64,000 nt of DNA from Dicyema japonicum. Taxonomy: Eukaryota; Animalia; Dicyemida. The notes beneath the pieces were generated by a model, which did no database searches, was not told the DNA's origin, and was given only the letters and a program-made list of their open reading frames with translations. Both the position numbers and the translations under genes were made by a program. Position 1 is the stretch's first letter; each line of letters starts with the position of its first letter. Below are positions 50,831-63,089 of the stretch, piece after piece. The stretch spans positions 1 through 64,000 of the forward strand of contig RDEW01000076.1 in assembly GCA_011109175.1 (NCBI GenBank), given 5' to 3'.

Positions 50831-52703
50831 AATTCTGAGTGGGGGAAGAGAAGGATCCTCTTTGATGTTGCATAGAATAAATTGAGCCAAGGGAAAATTA
50901 TTAAAACCCTTAATTAAAACTTTTTAATCGCTAATCTCGAAACCGCAAAAAAGAGGATAAGAGTGTCCGTCTAAATGGATTTGATTTAATTATAAATTTA
51001 TTTTTAATTAAATTAATTATTTTAAAAATTAATTAAAATATGAAGCAATTTGTATAATAAAAATAATATTGTGCACTGTTATGTATCAAACATCTGAAAT
51101 ATCCAACAATCTCACATTTGAGTCACTTTTTCAATATTTGAGTTCTAGAGAAGACTCAGAAATTAAAAATCTGCCAATTTCAGACTGCAATGCAATTCTT
51201 GAATGCAAGGTGAAAATCTGTAAATATTCTTAGAAGTGTCGGAAGCATTTTCACTCGTTACATTCATTTTTTAATCATATGTGTCGCATAAGGAAGATTC
51301 CACTGAATGACATTCTCGAATGACCCATTTTATTTAAATAAACAAATTTTTTTTAATGATAATTTATAATATTATAATAATCAATAAGCCTTAATAAGCA
51401 GGGTTCGACACTCTTTTAGCGGAGTCGTCGATACGAATGAATGGTCTATGGTTCCCCCGGTTCTGTCAGGAGTTAAGGAATTCACTATGTTCATCTGAAT
51501 TACCATCTGAGGATGAACGGTCTTCCCTTAGACATCCGTCCCCCATCGACTGTTGACAAGGAGATTCGTCAGGGAAGCGGTGGGGTCTTCAGAAGAGGAC
51601 ATGGGGAAATGGCGAGGGCGATAAGAAGAACCGGGGTCACCAAATTAGTTCGGTTACCGTTTCCCTCTTTCTCAGTGCTTCGTAAGGTTATGTAATCAAA
51701 TAAAATTGAGCAGGGTTAAGGGATCTCTTAACTTTCCATGCTGTTATAATGGTCTACTGTGTCCACCATAGTACAAGGATAGCTAAAAAGGAACATTCAG
51801 TTTCCTCACCTACTGAGAGGGTTCCTTTACTATTCATGTTTTAGTGTTTCCTTTACTTTCTGGTTAAATTGAATTTTTTGCGGTCTATGATTGACGTGTC
51901 ACCGTCGGCGACTGTGACAATTTGATGGTTATAATTGGTTTTTAATTATTATGTTATTTTACAAAAAAGAGGTTATGAGCTAATTTATGTCTAAGTAAGG
52001 TATATCTAGTTTCTTCAGTCTGGGTGAGACGCATCCTGTTTGGACATGACATCCTTTTCGCATTTACCGGTTCAAAGCCTTAGGTTGTTTAGGCGTGACT
52101 GAAGTTCCGATCTGTTTCGGCTTGCAATAATTTTGTCATCCACCTAGGTTAGGAGCATTGAGTAGTCATCTCTAGGGAAAGGTAAGTCGCTATAAGGATA
52201 GATTGATAGCTGCTAGGCAGAGGGATGATCCTTGAAATATCCTATTTTGGAGGAGACATGATCTGGATCTTGAATGGCCTCGCATACACGGTCTTTTTGT
52301 TCATTGCATGGGTAGCAGTGTTTAGGACTTTTCTTGTAATTTTCTCGGCACTGAGTAAAAGGTCCGTAGATTCGGCCTGGGAATTTTTCCGAGATAAATG
52401 TGTCAAAGAGGTTGAGTGCGTTACTGTACATCATTCTGATGTGAAACAATGCTGGAAGTGGCAGTAAAGAAAATGAGGCTCAATTTTCGGAAGCACAGGT
52501 TTTTCCATGAGAGGCGATAACAGGCACGTCAGGGATATCAGTCAGCAAGATTTAAGGAAGGATTCTTCATCTCCCTAAAGAATCATCAGAGACCAGCAAT
52601 ACAGAGTATTCAGAAATTAGACTACCAGAGAGAAACCTTTACCAAATCCCGTTCGACGATAAATTCGTGAGACTGCTGAAGTACTCAAATCAACATCGTC
52701 ACA

Positions 52704-52713
52704 CGAGTAAACA

Positions 52714-52756
<43 letters not shown>

Positions 52757-53575
52757 AGTGTAATTGATGACACGCATGAATGGATTAGTAAGATTCCGAA
52801 TTCCCTTATCATCACTCACGCGAAACTACAGCCGAAGTAACGGGCCCGGGAAATTGACATTGTTAAAGGGAATTGGGGATATAGTGTAGTTGGGAGTTGA
52901 TTTATCAACGACAATGTGACACCACTGCCTCAGTCGTCTTCTTACTAATTCAGTAATGCCGTACTATCCCAACCGGGAAGGTTATATTGCAAGGCCTTAT
53001 GTGGATCGTTCGGATCTGAAACAGTGCCATTTGGGGAATCTGATAAACGATAACGCAGATGTCCAAAGGTGAGCTCAAGGGGAACATAAATCTGCCGTGT
53101 CGCGAAAAAGTAAAAATTCGCCCTATTTGCGTATTCAGAACGTATGCAAATCGCGAAAGCGTGGCCTATCGATCCATTTGCTTTTAAAAGCTTTAAGCTA
53201 AAGGTGACAGAAAAGTTACCACAGGGATAATTGGCTTGTGGCGACCAAGCGAACGTTGAGACTGCGATTTTTGATCTTTCGATGTTGACTCTTCCTATCA
53301 TAAATCGCAGTGTAGGATTGTTCACCCACTAACAGGGAACATGAGCTGAGTTTAGAACATCGTGAGATAGACTAGTTTCACCCTACTCATTCGGTGTCGT
53401 TGCAACAGTAATTTTGCAAATTACGTGAGGAACTGCAGTGCAATACTTTTGGTTCACGCACATGACTGAAAAGTCAGTGATGTGAAACTAATAACTGACC
53501 GCCTCTAGGTTAGAATCTTGACTGGAAGTAACGATAGAGCCTGATATTATTCGATGCTATATTTCGATTAACAGC
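52704..53575 (+). pseudogene. 28S rRNA pseudogene, 3' segment (about H69 to D12)
   Basis: TAACTATGACTCTCTTAAGGTAGCCAAATGCCTCGT, AAAGTTACCACAGGGATAA, GGATTGTTCACCCACT. Conserved positions are mutated (sarcin-ricin loop reads ATTACGTGAGGAAC) and there are internal deletions. Confidence 0.9.
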
Positions 53576-54600
53576 TGCAATGAGTGTTTTAGTTGGTTGT
53601 GTTTGCTCGTGTGTTTTATGTGTAGTAACGTTAGTTGTTTTCTATTTGAGTTTATAACCAACTTGTAAGCACTGAGGATTGGCATTTGCTTGATTTACAC
53701 GCAAGTGTGTTCTATCCAACCCGTCTTGAAACACGGATTAAGGAGATTACCGTACTAACAAGTCTAATGGAGTTATTCCATGCAAGTGATTAGATGTGAC
53801 GGTTTAGTCGGCAACATACACCTCTTTTTGATACTACGGTTGTAGAGGGAGTGATAGTTAGTGTGTTAAAACCCGAAAGATGGTGAACTATGCCTGGTAA
53901 AGACGAAGCTAGTGGAATCAATGGTGGAGGTCTATCATGGTTCTGACGTGGAAATCGATTGTCAAAGCTTGGTATAGGAGCGAAATACTAATCGAGCCAT
54001 CTAGTAGCTGGTTCTCTCCGAAATTTCTCTAGGGATAGCTGGCGCTAAAGACTAGTTCCATGTGCTAGAGGATTTGGGATTATGCGTGTGCAAACTATTA
54101 TCAAAAACATGAGAAGTGTGACTAACGTGAGTGTAGTCATACGTAAAATAAGTGTGCAAGTGGGTTAATTATGTTATCATGACGCTGTTGGATGAACCAA
54201 ACGCCTGGTTAAGGTGCTTGACTAGACGCACACAAGATACTTAAAAAGTGTCAGTTGATTATGACAACAGGAAGGTGACCTTAGTAGTTGGAAGACTCTT
54301 AGGAGTGTTTAATAACTCACCAGTCAAATTAAATGGCCTTGACAATGGATGGTGCTGCAGCGTCTTACCGTTACATTTGAATGTAAGCTTTACTTGATAA
54401 AAATAGGCCACAAAGAGCATGAGAGCGTGAAGGTATCGAAGAAGCTGGAGGAGCTGATCGCTAGTGTAGATCTTGGTGGTAGTGCAATTACTCGAATAGG
54501 AACTTTGAGAGCCTATTTGGAGAAGGGTTTCTTGAACATTATTTGGAAATGAGTTAGTGGGTTCTAAGCACGTTTAAAAGTCATTTTAAATGGCTGTTTT
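53576..54600 (+). pseudogene. 28S rRNA pseudogene, 5' segment (D2 to D7a), placed after the 3' segment
   Basis: CCCGTCTTGAAACACGG at 53720, ACCCGAAAGATGGTGAACTATGCCTG, CCATCTAGTAGCTGGTTC, AGATCTTGGTGGTAGT, GGAGAAGGGTT; junction position approximate. Confidence 0.9.
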
Positions 54601-54629
54601 AGCATCAATGATTTCACGATACAAAGTGT

Positions 54630-54990
54630 GAGACCCACCTTGACAACAACACAGTTCGCATCGGAATCTCTATCCGACTTGAACCGAAAATATGCCAAAC
54701 ACACATGTGCCAACGAGGTGGAACCGTTGATATATGGACACTATTCTCTCTTGATAGACCCTTAAGACATAATTCACTGAACGATGCAGTAAAATGTGTA
54801 CTGGAGTCTGCTGGAACCCACGCCTGACGGAATTACGATCTTTCCCTTCGCGGAGGGAAACCCAATTATGAGAGACCTGTGTTGACTTTCTTCTACAAAT
54901 ATTATGGGGAGCTTGGTAAAAGGCATCCGCAGCAGTGATGACGGAAGAAATGCGAAAGGCCCATGAACCGGCTAACATTCTGCACAATTG
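54630..54990 (+). mobile_element. CRE-like fragment abutting the 28S copy
   Basis: LDNNTVRIGISIRL..C.THMC..RPDGITIFP..G..WETC-like motifs. Confidence 0.7.
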
Positions 54991-55739
54991 TTGTCAAGAC
55001 AACTAGAGGCATAAAAAGAACGTCAATGTCTTTTCTTAGAAGACTGTCAGAGATCACATGTGACCAAATGCATCGTGCCCGAGCCCACTCAAATACGTAA
55101 CGGGAGTATAAATGAATGTTCATAGTTGAACGAGTCGACACGAATTTTAAGTGAATGGGAGAGGAAATATTACTCACTAATAGTTTTATCTTCAAACCCT
55201 TTGGAGTCAAAACCTCTGGAATATTACCCCCTTCCCACGTGTCATCGGATTATTGACAACAAAAGTCAAAGGACAGCCGAGAAGACGGATGGTTGACTAA
55301 GCGCATTCTCACACAAATCGTGAGAAAGAATGCGCGCTCAATCACGAGAGTTATTTTTTTCTTATTTCTGGTCAACTGTATCATTATCGGTTCATGAAGC
55401 ATTTCACAACTCATTTATGTGAACACTTTGGGATTCTATAATTTAAGAGCATTTGACCGATCGATTTATATTTGAGTCATAAAATTTTTACCACTTAATG
55501 TTTAGGGGAGAAATCTCTAGAAAAAAGAGTCCGGTTTGTAACTTTCCTTACTAACTATTTTGATTAATGTCGCACGTGTAGCATTTAGCTGTGGATTCGA
55601 TCCCCACACTGCTACCGACTTGGTCGAAGGATTTACCTTCTGCTCTTTGCCTTCCTCAATCCATAGAGGAGTCATTGGATCCACCAAACTCGAAGACCTT
55701 CCGGCATCCAAATAAGATCCTTCCGGCCACAAAGCTTGT

Positions 55740-56030
55740 GCAGCACAGGAAACAATAAGAGTTATTAATTTCTTCCATTTCCCCCTGTCCTGGGCAACGT
55801 CCCGTAAGGCGTCAAGGTCGTCCCCGTCTTTTAATTGTTTCCCCCACTCTCCGAAGGTCTCTATCCAGCGTAACCGGGAGAGTATTTCTCGGGCGCCCCC
55901 TGAAACGAGGTTCGTCAGCTTCGAAACAGTCCTCCATGGCATTATTTGTTGGTGCCTCCAAATCCATTCTTAGAATATGTCCGAATAGTCTCCACCTGCA
56001 TGCCGTTATTTCTAGTGAGATGGGGACATT
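55740..56030 (-). mobile_element. RTE-like LINE 3' fragment
   Basis: RWRLFGHILRM..RGRPR..AQDRGKW. Confidence 0.85.
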
Positions 56031-56069
56031 CAAAACACAAGTGACTTCTTTATTAACAAAATTCAAAAA

Positions 56070-56852
56070 TTACTGAAATTTATGGTTAAAAATAAAATTT
56101 CCAAATATGAGCAAGTCATCAGAAGGAGTACTCTCCAATCTCCCAGCCTACGAATAGAACTAACTAAAACCTGAGAACTGATATATTTATTGAGTTTATC
56201 CAATCTATCAAATTCACAATTTTCTAACAAATATTTTTTCAGCGAAAAATTAAAACTATCCGAATTCCCGAAGGTCTGGACTCATATTTAATATTACATC
56301 TTCGTAACTTGCGATGCTATTCTTGAACTCGACCCGACAGTACTTGATGACATCATTCTTATGTTGGAATGGAACTTTCTATCAAAATAAACACCCGAAA
56401 ACTGAAAACGTGCTCAGAACATTAGAAATGTCGAACCAAAGAACGGAAGAGTAGAAATGGTTAAAAATATTCCCTTTGATTCCTTCTTTCTCCAATCTTC
56501 TGGTGATTAACCTAAATATTTATATTAAATCAACCACGTGTATAGAACCATGATCTTGAACCAGGAATCAAAGGTCTCGGGCATTAAAAGTTCTTGGAAA
56601 TCATGACTAAATCAAACCTTTTCTTAAAATGTCGCTTTTGACGCTACAGAAGGTATGAGTGTACAGACTTATGGCTGCCGGCTTTAAAACCTGTAATAAG
56701 TACACAATTACTGATCTTCTGTATTTAATTGATGGATTTAGTATAATTGACAGGGGACTATTCATTAGTAGGGATGAAATTATAGACAAATTTCGATATT
56801 GAAAAGTAGTAGAATGAATTGACCCACCAAACCATAAAGAAAAACACAACAT
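56070..56852 (-). CDS. UQCC1: Ubiquinol-cytochrome c reductase complex assembly factor 1 (Cbp3); 6 introns of 21-25 nt; mostly missed by the ORF track
   Basis: Spliced: LKPAAISLY..MPETFDSWFKIMVLYTW LITRRLEKEG..LWFDI..SIASYED..KYISSQ..DDLLIFG matches the UQCC1 MPDTFNSWF..LHVWM pattern. Confidence 0.88.
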
Positions 56853-57170
56853 GAAATAATTTCAAAATTAATAAAATAATTAAAAATCTTATATTTATAA
56901 TTAATAAAATTTGCATCAAAAGTACTTAAAGATCGAGGACTACAGTTATCATTAATTGGAACTCTCAAGAGGTTTTCATCCTCGTTGAAAAGCGCTGCTT
57001 TTCGAGATTGTCTAGAAGAGAACGTATAAAGCGGTTCATCTCTATCAGTGCCACGAGTCTACAGGAAAAAGAGGAAACCCGTAAGAAACACCCAGAAACT
57101 GTGTGGTTTCTTAGAGAAGCTAGGATCACCTATTGACGATGTTTTCTATTGTTTGATTTAATGGCTATTC

Positions 57171-58581
57171 TAGGTTTTGTCAATAAAGTCAAAAATTCAT
57201 ATGTTCTTTAAAATTGTTTAAAAATTATAAAAATGCATTTTTTTATCAAAAATATTATATTAATCAAAAGTTATAGTCAAAAAGTCAAAATTTTGGGTAA
57301 TGTCAAAAAAAGGTCAAAATTTAATTTTTTAAGTCAATAAAGTCAAAAAATTTTATTAATTTTTATTTTTTAATTTTTCGAGTTTTTAAATAAAATACTA
57401 ACGTGGTATCATTATTCACTGTGATGCCGCGTTCATTAAGAATGAAATTGAAAAGAGTGTTAGAGTGTTAAGTCTGTTGTTAGAAAATATCCAATGAATT
57501 CTCTATCAATTCACAAGGAAATCTCTTTTGTAATTTATGTGGTCATCTGTAACTACAAAAAAACTTTTTATTGAATCACATCGACCGTCTAAGAAGCATA
57601 TCAAATTAGCTGGTTTATTATTTTTGTTACTATTTTACAGGTGTCAATGCTATAAAACTAACTGATTTTCTCATCCCATCTGCCGACACATGGGTCGATA
57701 AAGTCACTAAGGCTTTTGTCGAATCCGATATTCCCTTCCATTAGCTGGACAATAAAGCTTACGAGAGTTGTTTGAGAGTATTGGAAATAATCTTCCTTCC
57801 ACCTACGCTTGCCGAAAAAATGTAGAAAATTAATGCCAGAAGCAGCTTGTCAGATTTAAGCTATTTTTGAGGTTTTATTTGCATTTATTATAGATCTGAA
57901 AAAAATTTATTTTGATTGACGAAACTGATATCCGGGGACAGAAATATGTCAATATCACTTCTCTCCTTACGGAGGTGACCTGAAATTGGGTATCACCTGA
58001 AGTTATTCTAACAAGATGGGGGAGTTGGATATAAGCAGCCCGTTATTATTGCAAAAATTGCACATAAATAAAAAAAATATATGAAAGTTTTGATGGAGAG
58101 GGGATTTTAGTAGAAAGATATTTGCAAGCGAACTACGTACAAATTGATCATCCAAATTATGCCAATACGACGATATATGTGAAATGATAAAAATGCAGAA
58201 GAAACCTATTTCACTATAAAAGACGCTGTTGAAGACATTATGAAATTGCATTTCGGGGACGATTTATGTTGAATCGGGAAGTATCTAGAATCAAATTATC
58301 TGTAAATAAGTGCTTTGGAAAAACAACATATTTCTGTTGAGCGAAGTTTTTCTTTATTGAAAAAATTACTATCTAAAGACCGAAATTTTAAACCCGAAAA
58401 CGTTTCGAATTACATTATTCTGTATTTTAGTAAAGATTTTGATTAGTTTTTTATATTAAAAAAATTTTTTGTAGATAAATTATCATAAAGTCAAAAAGGT
58501 CAAAATTTTGAAATTTTAAGGTCAATAAAGTCAATTTTTAGGTCAAAATTTCCAACTTATAAAGTCAACAAAATTACCCTA
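57171..58581 (+). mobile_element. hAT-related (CGGBP1-like) DNA transposon, internally deleted
   Basis: TAGG...CCCTA ends; many direct AAAGTCAA subterminal repeats at both ends; LFCNLC..H..SKKH zinc finger, AFVESDIP, LIDETD, SVERSFSLLKKLL. Confidence 0.75.
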
Positions 58582-60379
58582 ATTATCACACTGGTTGGTT
58601 CCGAGAACGTATCTCGTTGGCTATTGTTAGGGGAAATAGCATAGCCATTCAGATGCCTTAATTTAATTTTTATTCATTTTAAAATATTAATAAAGTTTTT
58701 TTGTTAAAAAAAATTATTACACTTCATCTGTATCATATGGTTGTGTTCTCCCTGTTCACTACAATATTCATGGGAAAAACGATGGCATTTGCTATTTCGT
58801 TTGATTTTATAAATTATTCGTATTATAATATTTAGATTTTTCATACAGAAGTATCACATTCTACATGATGATTATTTGTATAAAATAAAAAACCAGTATT
58901 TGCGGCAATTTCTGCAACTTTATATAAATTTGCGGATTCGAAGGGTATTACTGTGTATCCTTATTTTTATTTTTTTGTCATTGTTTTGCTTTTGATTTTT
59001 AATTCACTATCTGTTCCTAGTGATTGAAGATATTTGCGTGTTCTAATACACGAGATGTAATAATAGCTTTGCTAGAAAACTCAACACCACGTGGTAACGG
59101 ATCATTGGATTTAAAAAATAGTTATTTTATTTTTATCAGGTAACATCGATAAGTTGCATGCTATATTATTTAATTGTTAAAATAAATTTAAATATAAATA
59201 TTTTATAATTAAAAAAATCACTAATTAGAAAATCTCCCTGAAATAAAATTAGCCCCTGAGGGCAAATCGCCCCTGTTGACAAACACTTATAAATAATTGT
59301 TTTTTCAAAAATAAGGGAGCATTTCCTGACGTCGACAATTTAATTGCATCAATTAAAAGTGCTATAACAAAGAACAGGTTAAAAATCACAAATAGTTGAT
59401 ATTTTGTTTTAATAATATAATAATGAAAAATTTTTAATATAAAAAATTGCCCTAAAAATTAATCTCAGATTCACGGATAGGATGCCAATATCCGGTAGAG
59501 TAGTCCGTGTATTCTGTAATAGCAGGAGAAATTAAGAAGACACCAAGCTTGTCACCTCGTAGGAGAGAAGTAATAATTTTCAATTGACGTAAGAAACTGT
59601 TATTTCGGTTTGGTGTTCGACCCGAGTCGCTTCCTTTATGCTCGTGTTACGAACAAAGACTATGGAGGTGCCGTTAGGCCTCTCAATCTCCTCACAAGCG
59701 TCTCGAAAGGAGTTTGTCTTAGCAGTTGAGGTGGAGAACATTTGTAGTCCTAGTGACTGTTGCGTGAAAGACTTCGACCTTTTTTAGATTTTTAATATAA
59801 AAATTAATTTTTTGTCCCCCATGCAGCACATGTTTCCGGTGGATCTTTCTGAGGTTTTCCAGACTTTTAGACCACGAGCATCGAGCCAAGCTGAGAACAT
59901 GGATCAAATTTGTGGGCTTAATGGCGGTCTTTGAATAAATTTAATTAATGGAACATAAAAAGATGACGTGGAGTATTGATATGGTACACGTCATTACTTA
60001 ATTATTTCGAAAACAAAACAATTAGAGTAGCCACAGCCCTAACTGCGTGTCTATTCCCCTCTGGACTGCTATGGAAATCCGGTCGAACAATCAGCATCTT
60101 TTGCTCTTAGAGACCACATCCTTCACCGAAGTGATTCCGCTTGTATCTAAAGTCGAGGACTAATATCTGAGGAAGACCGACCATTCCCCCATATCAACGA
60201 CTCCAACAGGGGAGTAAATATTCTATGTCGTTGTCGTGCCTTCAAGTGGCTCTCCAAAAATGCCGATGGGCATAAATCCCATTATCCCCCTACCTCATCA
60301 CATCATTTATGGGTCCCTTTCTCCCTGGTCTGATGATGGGGGAAATATATATCTTATTAAGCCTTCCAATCATTAATAA

Positions 60380-61302
60380 TTATTTTAAATGTTTTTTCAA
60401 TACAAAAAAATCACGAAGAATACATTTGGTAACATCTCCCGTTATTCTCTCTAAAAGTTCATCTGATCTTTCATCCAGGACACCCATAATAGTCTCCACT
60501 GAATTAACAAGGGATGTTTTCAATTTCCCAATCAACTTGTCGATCTTCATTACCTCAATCTCGTTTGCAGTAGTCTTCCTTGTTTCTTTCTAAATAATAC
60601 ACTTAAATATATTACTAATTGATTTAGCAAACCAACAGAGTCCACAATAGCCTCGTTTAACTTGTTGGTTGTCTCCAAACAGTCATCTTCCTTTGTGATG
60701 CCCCTTCTACGCTGATTTTCGTTAGTCGAAATTTTAATTATCGAACGTTTGTCTTTACTTAAGATTTCACTCTTATAAGTCACTTTAGAACACCTGTTGT
60801 TTCGATAACTTGAACGCCGATTGTCCCCCAAAGCATGGTCTCGTTCTATGCTCACTGTATTTTTTCTTAAGGAAACAAGTGACCCTGCGATCGATCTATT
60901 AAAAATAACACATCTCCCACTTTCCATTATATTTGTCATCCTTGAAATCACTGATGAGTTGAGTGAAGTTTACAGGGGATTGGGGTTTATCAATGTTGCT
61001 TAGAAAGCTGTTATTAATTTGTGTTTTTTTAGTTTCGTTTTTTAAATCTACTTATAATCTAAGATAACCTTTGAATTGTTTTAAGGTGGAAGGTTCAGTT
61101 GGTTTCCCCCAATGTCTCCTCATTTTAATTGAACGTGGTTGACATGAACTATCTGTGGCTAATTCTAAAAATATATTTAAATTTCTGACCTACGTTAGCC
61201 AATATATAATTTATTTTATTCTAATAAATTTAAATAATAAATAACTTTATTAAACTCATAATTCGTCTATAAATAATGTATTAAAGCAACCTTCTTATCC
61301 AT
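60380..61302 (-). CDS. Orphan protein with C-terminal helical/coiled-coil region; 6 GT-AG introns of 21-26 nt
   Basis: Splicing six canonical tiny introns gives one open frame, MDKK|TNYEFNK|NKINY..KKHLK*; the C-terminus weakly recalls the WDR62/MAPKBP1 terminal domain. Confidence 0.65.
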
Positions 61303-63089
61303 TTATTTGCTTTTAATTAATTGTTATAGATTATAAAATATGTTTATAATTAAATCTATTAAATTTTATTGATTATTTAATTTAAATATATTATTCTATT
61401 TTTATAGCCTGTGGCTCTAACAAGGATCTTGATGGAATTGGAGGGAAACTTATATGTGTGGAAGACCTAGAAGATCTACGAACAGCAGAGGCCGGTGGAG
61501 ACGCCTAGTGAAAAAAAAATTCCGAAACGTGTGGCACAAACGGGACCTTAGTTAATATAACGTTCTTTGGTTCTGTGAAAGTGCTTTTAATAATAATTAT
61601 AGCCTAAGGTTGAGATGCCACACTTTTTAATCCTCCCGTTGTCTAATTGTTCGAAGTTTTCTCTCTTTTCTTTCTCTTCCCCTATTCTACCAGAGTGGTT
61701 TCATATGATCTACTTCTCTCAGGTGGTGCTCAGTGTCAGGGTGGAACGAAAAAGGGTCATTTGCTCTTTTCTACTCTCGAAGGAGTTCGACAGCTGCAAT
61801 GACTAGATGTTTTCCTTCCTATCTACTTGTTCTGAATGAACCGACGTTGGGAGGTTATTCCTGCGACCGTTGGAACTGAATATATTTAATTGACTTCTTT
61901 CTTGGTCTACCCGGGATTAACAAGTTAATCAAATAATTATCAAAATGTTGTGGTTTTTAGGCTAAAATGAATGAATTAATAAAATCACTATTATCAGGGT
62001 AATTGAGGCAGGTTGTAATTGAGAGACTTTTCTGACAACATGAGTCCTCCCTCAGAGGCCTGAACTCTTCATCGGGGTACCAATGATTTAATCCACAGTA
62101 ATCTGAATATATGAAGGCATGCCGTAGGAATTCTCACGGAAAGGTACAATCTTCTCTTCGCAGTTTCTTTAACTGCAGCATCTCTTAATCCATAAAGTAA
62201 ATTGGAAGATGTAGGAAATAACATTAAAGTCACAATGTCATCTGCTTCTTAGTTTACACTGCAGTAATGTGGATGCTCAAAGAGAATTAACTACCTTGAA
62301 CTGCCTCTCAACTATATTTTTCACAAAAATAAGGAATAATCGACAATTCGAGTGTTTCCCAACTTTTTGCGACTTATCAGACCGGATTTAGAATCCAGTC
62401 CCTTGAGTCCGTTAGGTCCACCATGCCTTAGTGAACCAATCAACCACTAGATTAATCAATTTACTTAATATTTGAGTATTTAATCAATTACCACCAATTA
62501 GGTAGCAAAAATTCAATTTATTGGCAAATCTTTGGACAGCCAATTTTGTTGCTCCCCCACCTAAATGTAGAAGGATAAAAATACCTTTAATCTATCAAGT
62601 CATCCTAAGGACTAAGCAATTAATAAGTATGCTCAGCATGTGGCACTGTGATTACCACCACAAGGCATATCAATTAGTGCTCATTAATTTTCACTTTAAA
62701 CCCAGTAGGGTCCATCGATAAACAAAAGTGTCAATTGAGTGAACAAAATCTCTGTGAATCACATGGAAAAAATTTACTGACAAATTCATTAATAAATTTG
62801 CATCGAAATGAAATGAAAAATTCCAAGACCACGGTAACACCAAACTAACTACTCACGTGTTCCAGGCATTATTACAAACTCGGGAACTCAGGAAAGGGGA
62901 AAAAGTTATTATCTAAATTAAGTTATCCCGGTGTCAGTGCATCTCCCGTTGATTTGTTCTCATGCGAAAAAAACCGTCTGAAATTCCCTACCCTTCTATG
63001 ACCTTCAAAATGGTGACCTATCAATTTTATCCGTTTTCTCTCTGCTACTTCTTGTTGGTGATATGAGTCTAATCGGGTCTCGACTCTAC

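Noticed and set aside
52945-53325. 126-aa ORF and similar short ORFs in the track
   Set aside because: It is antisense to rRNA sequence; most other short ORFs are shadows of genes or TE remnants.
52704-54600. Functional rDNA unit or R2 insertion
   Set aside because: Universal positions are mutated, segments are deleted and permuted, and the R2 target TTAAGG/TAGC at 52735-52744 is uninterrupted.
1-61302. Strong depletion of stop-free 3n introns (NMD signature)
   Set aside because: About 16 of 67 introns are 3n, 12 of them with stops. The sample is small, AT-rich introns contain stops by chance, and stop-free 3n introns are under-detected by hand.
61960-62340. Possible minus-strand gene remnant
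   Set aside because: Stops remain that tiny introns do not resolve, and I recognise no motif.
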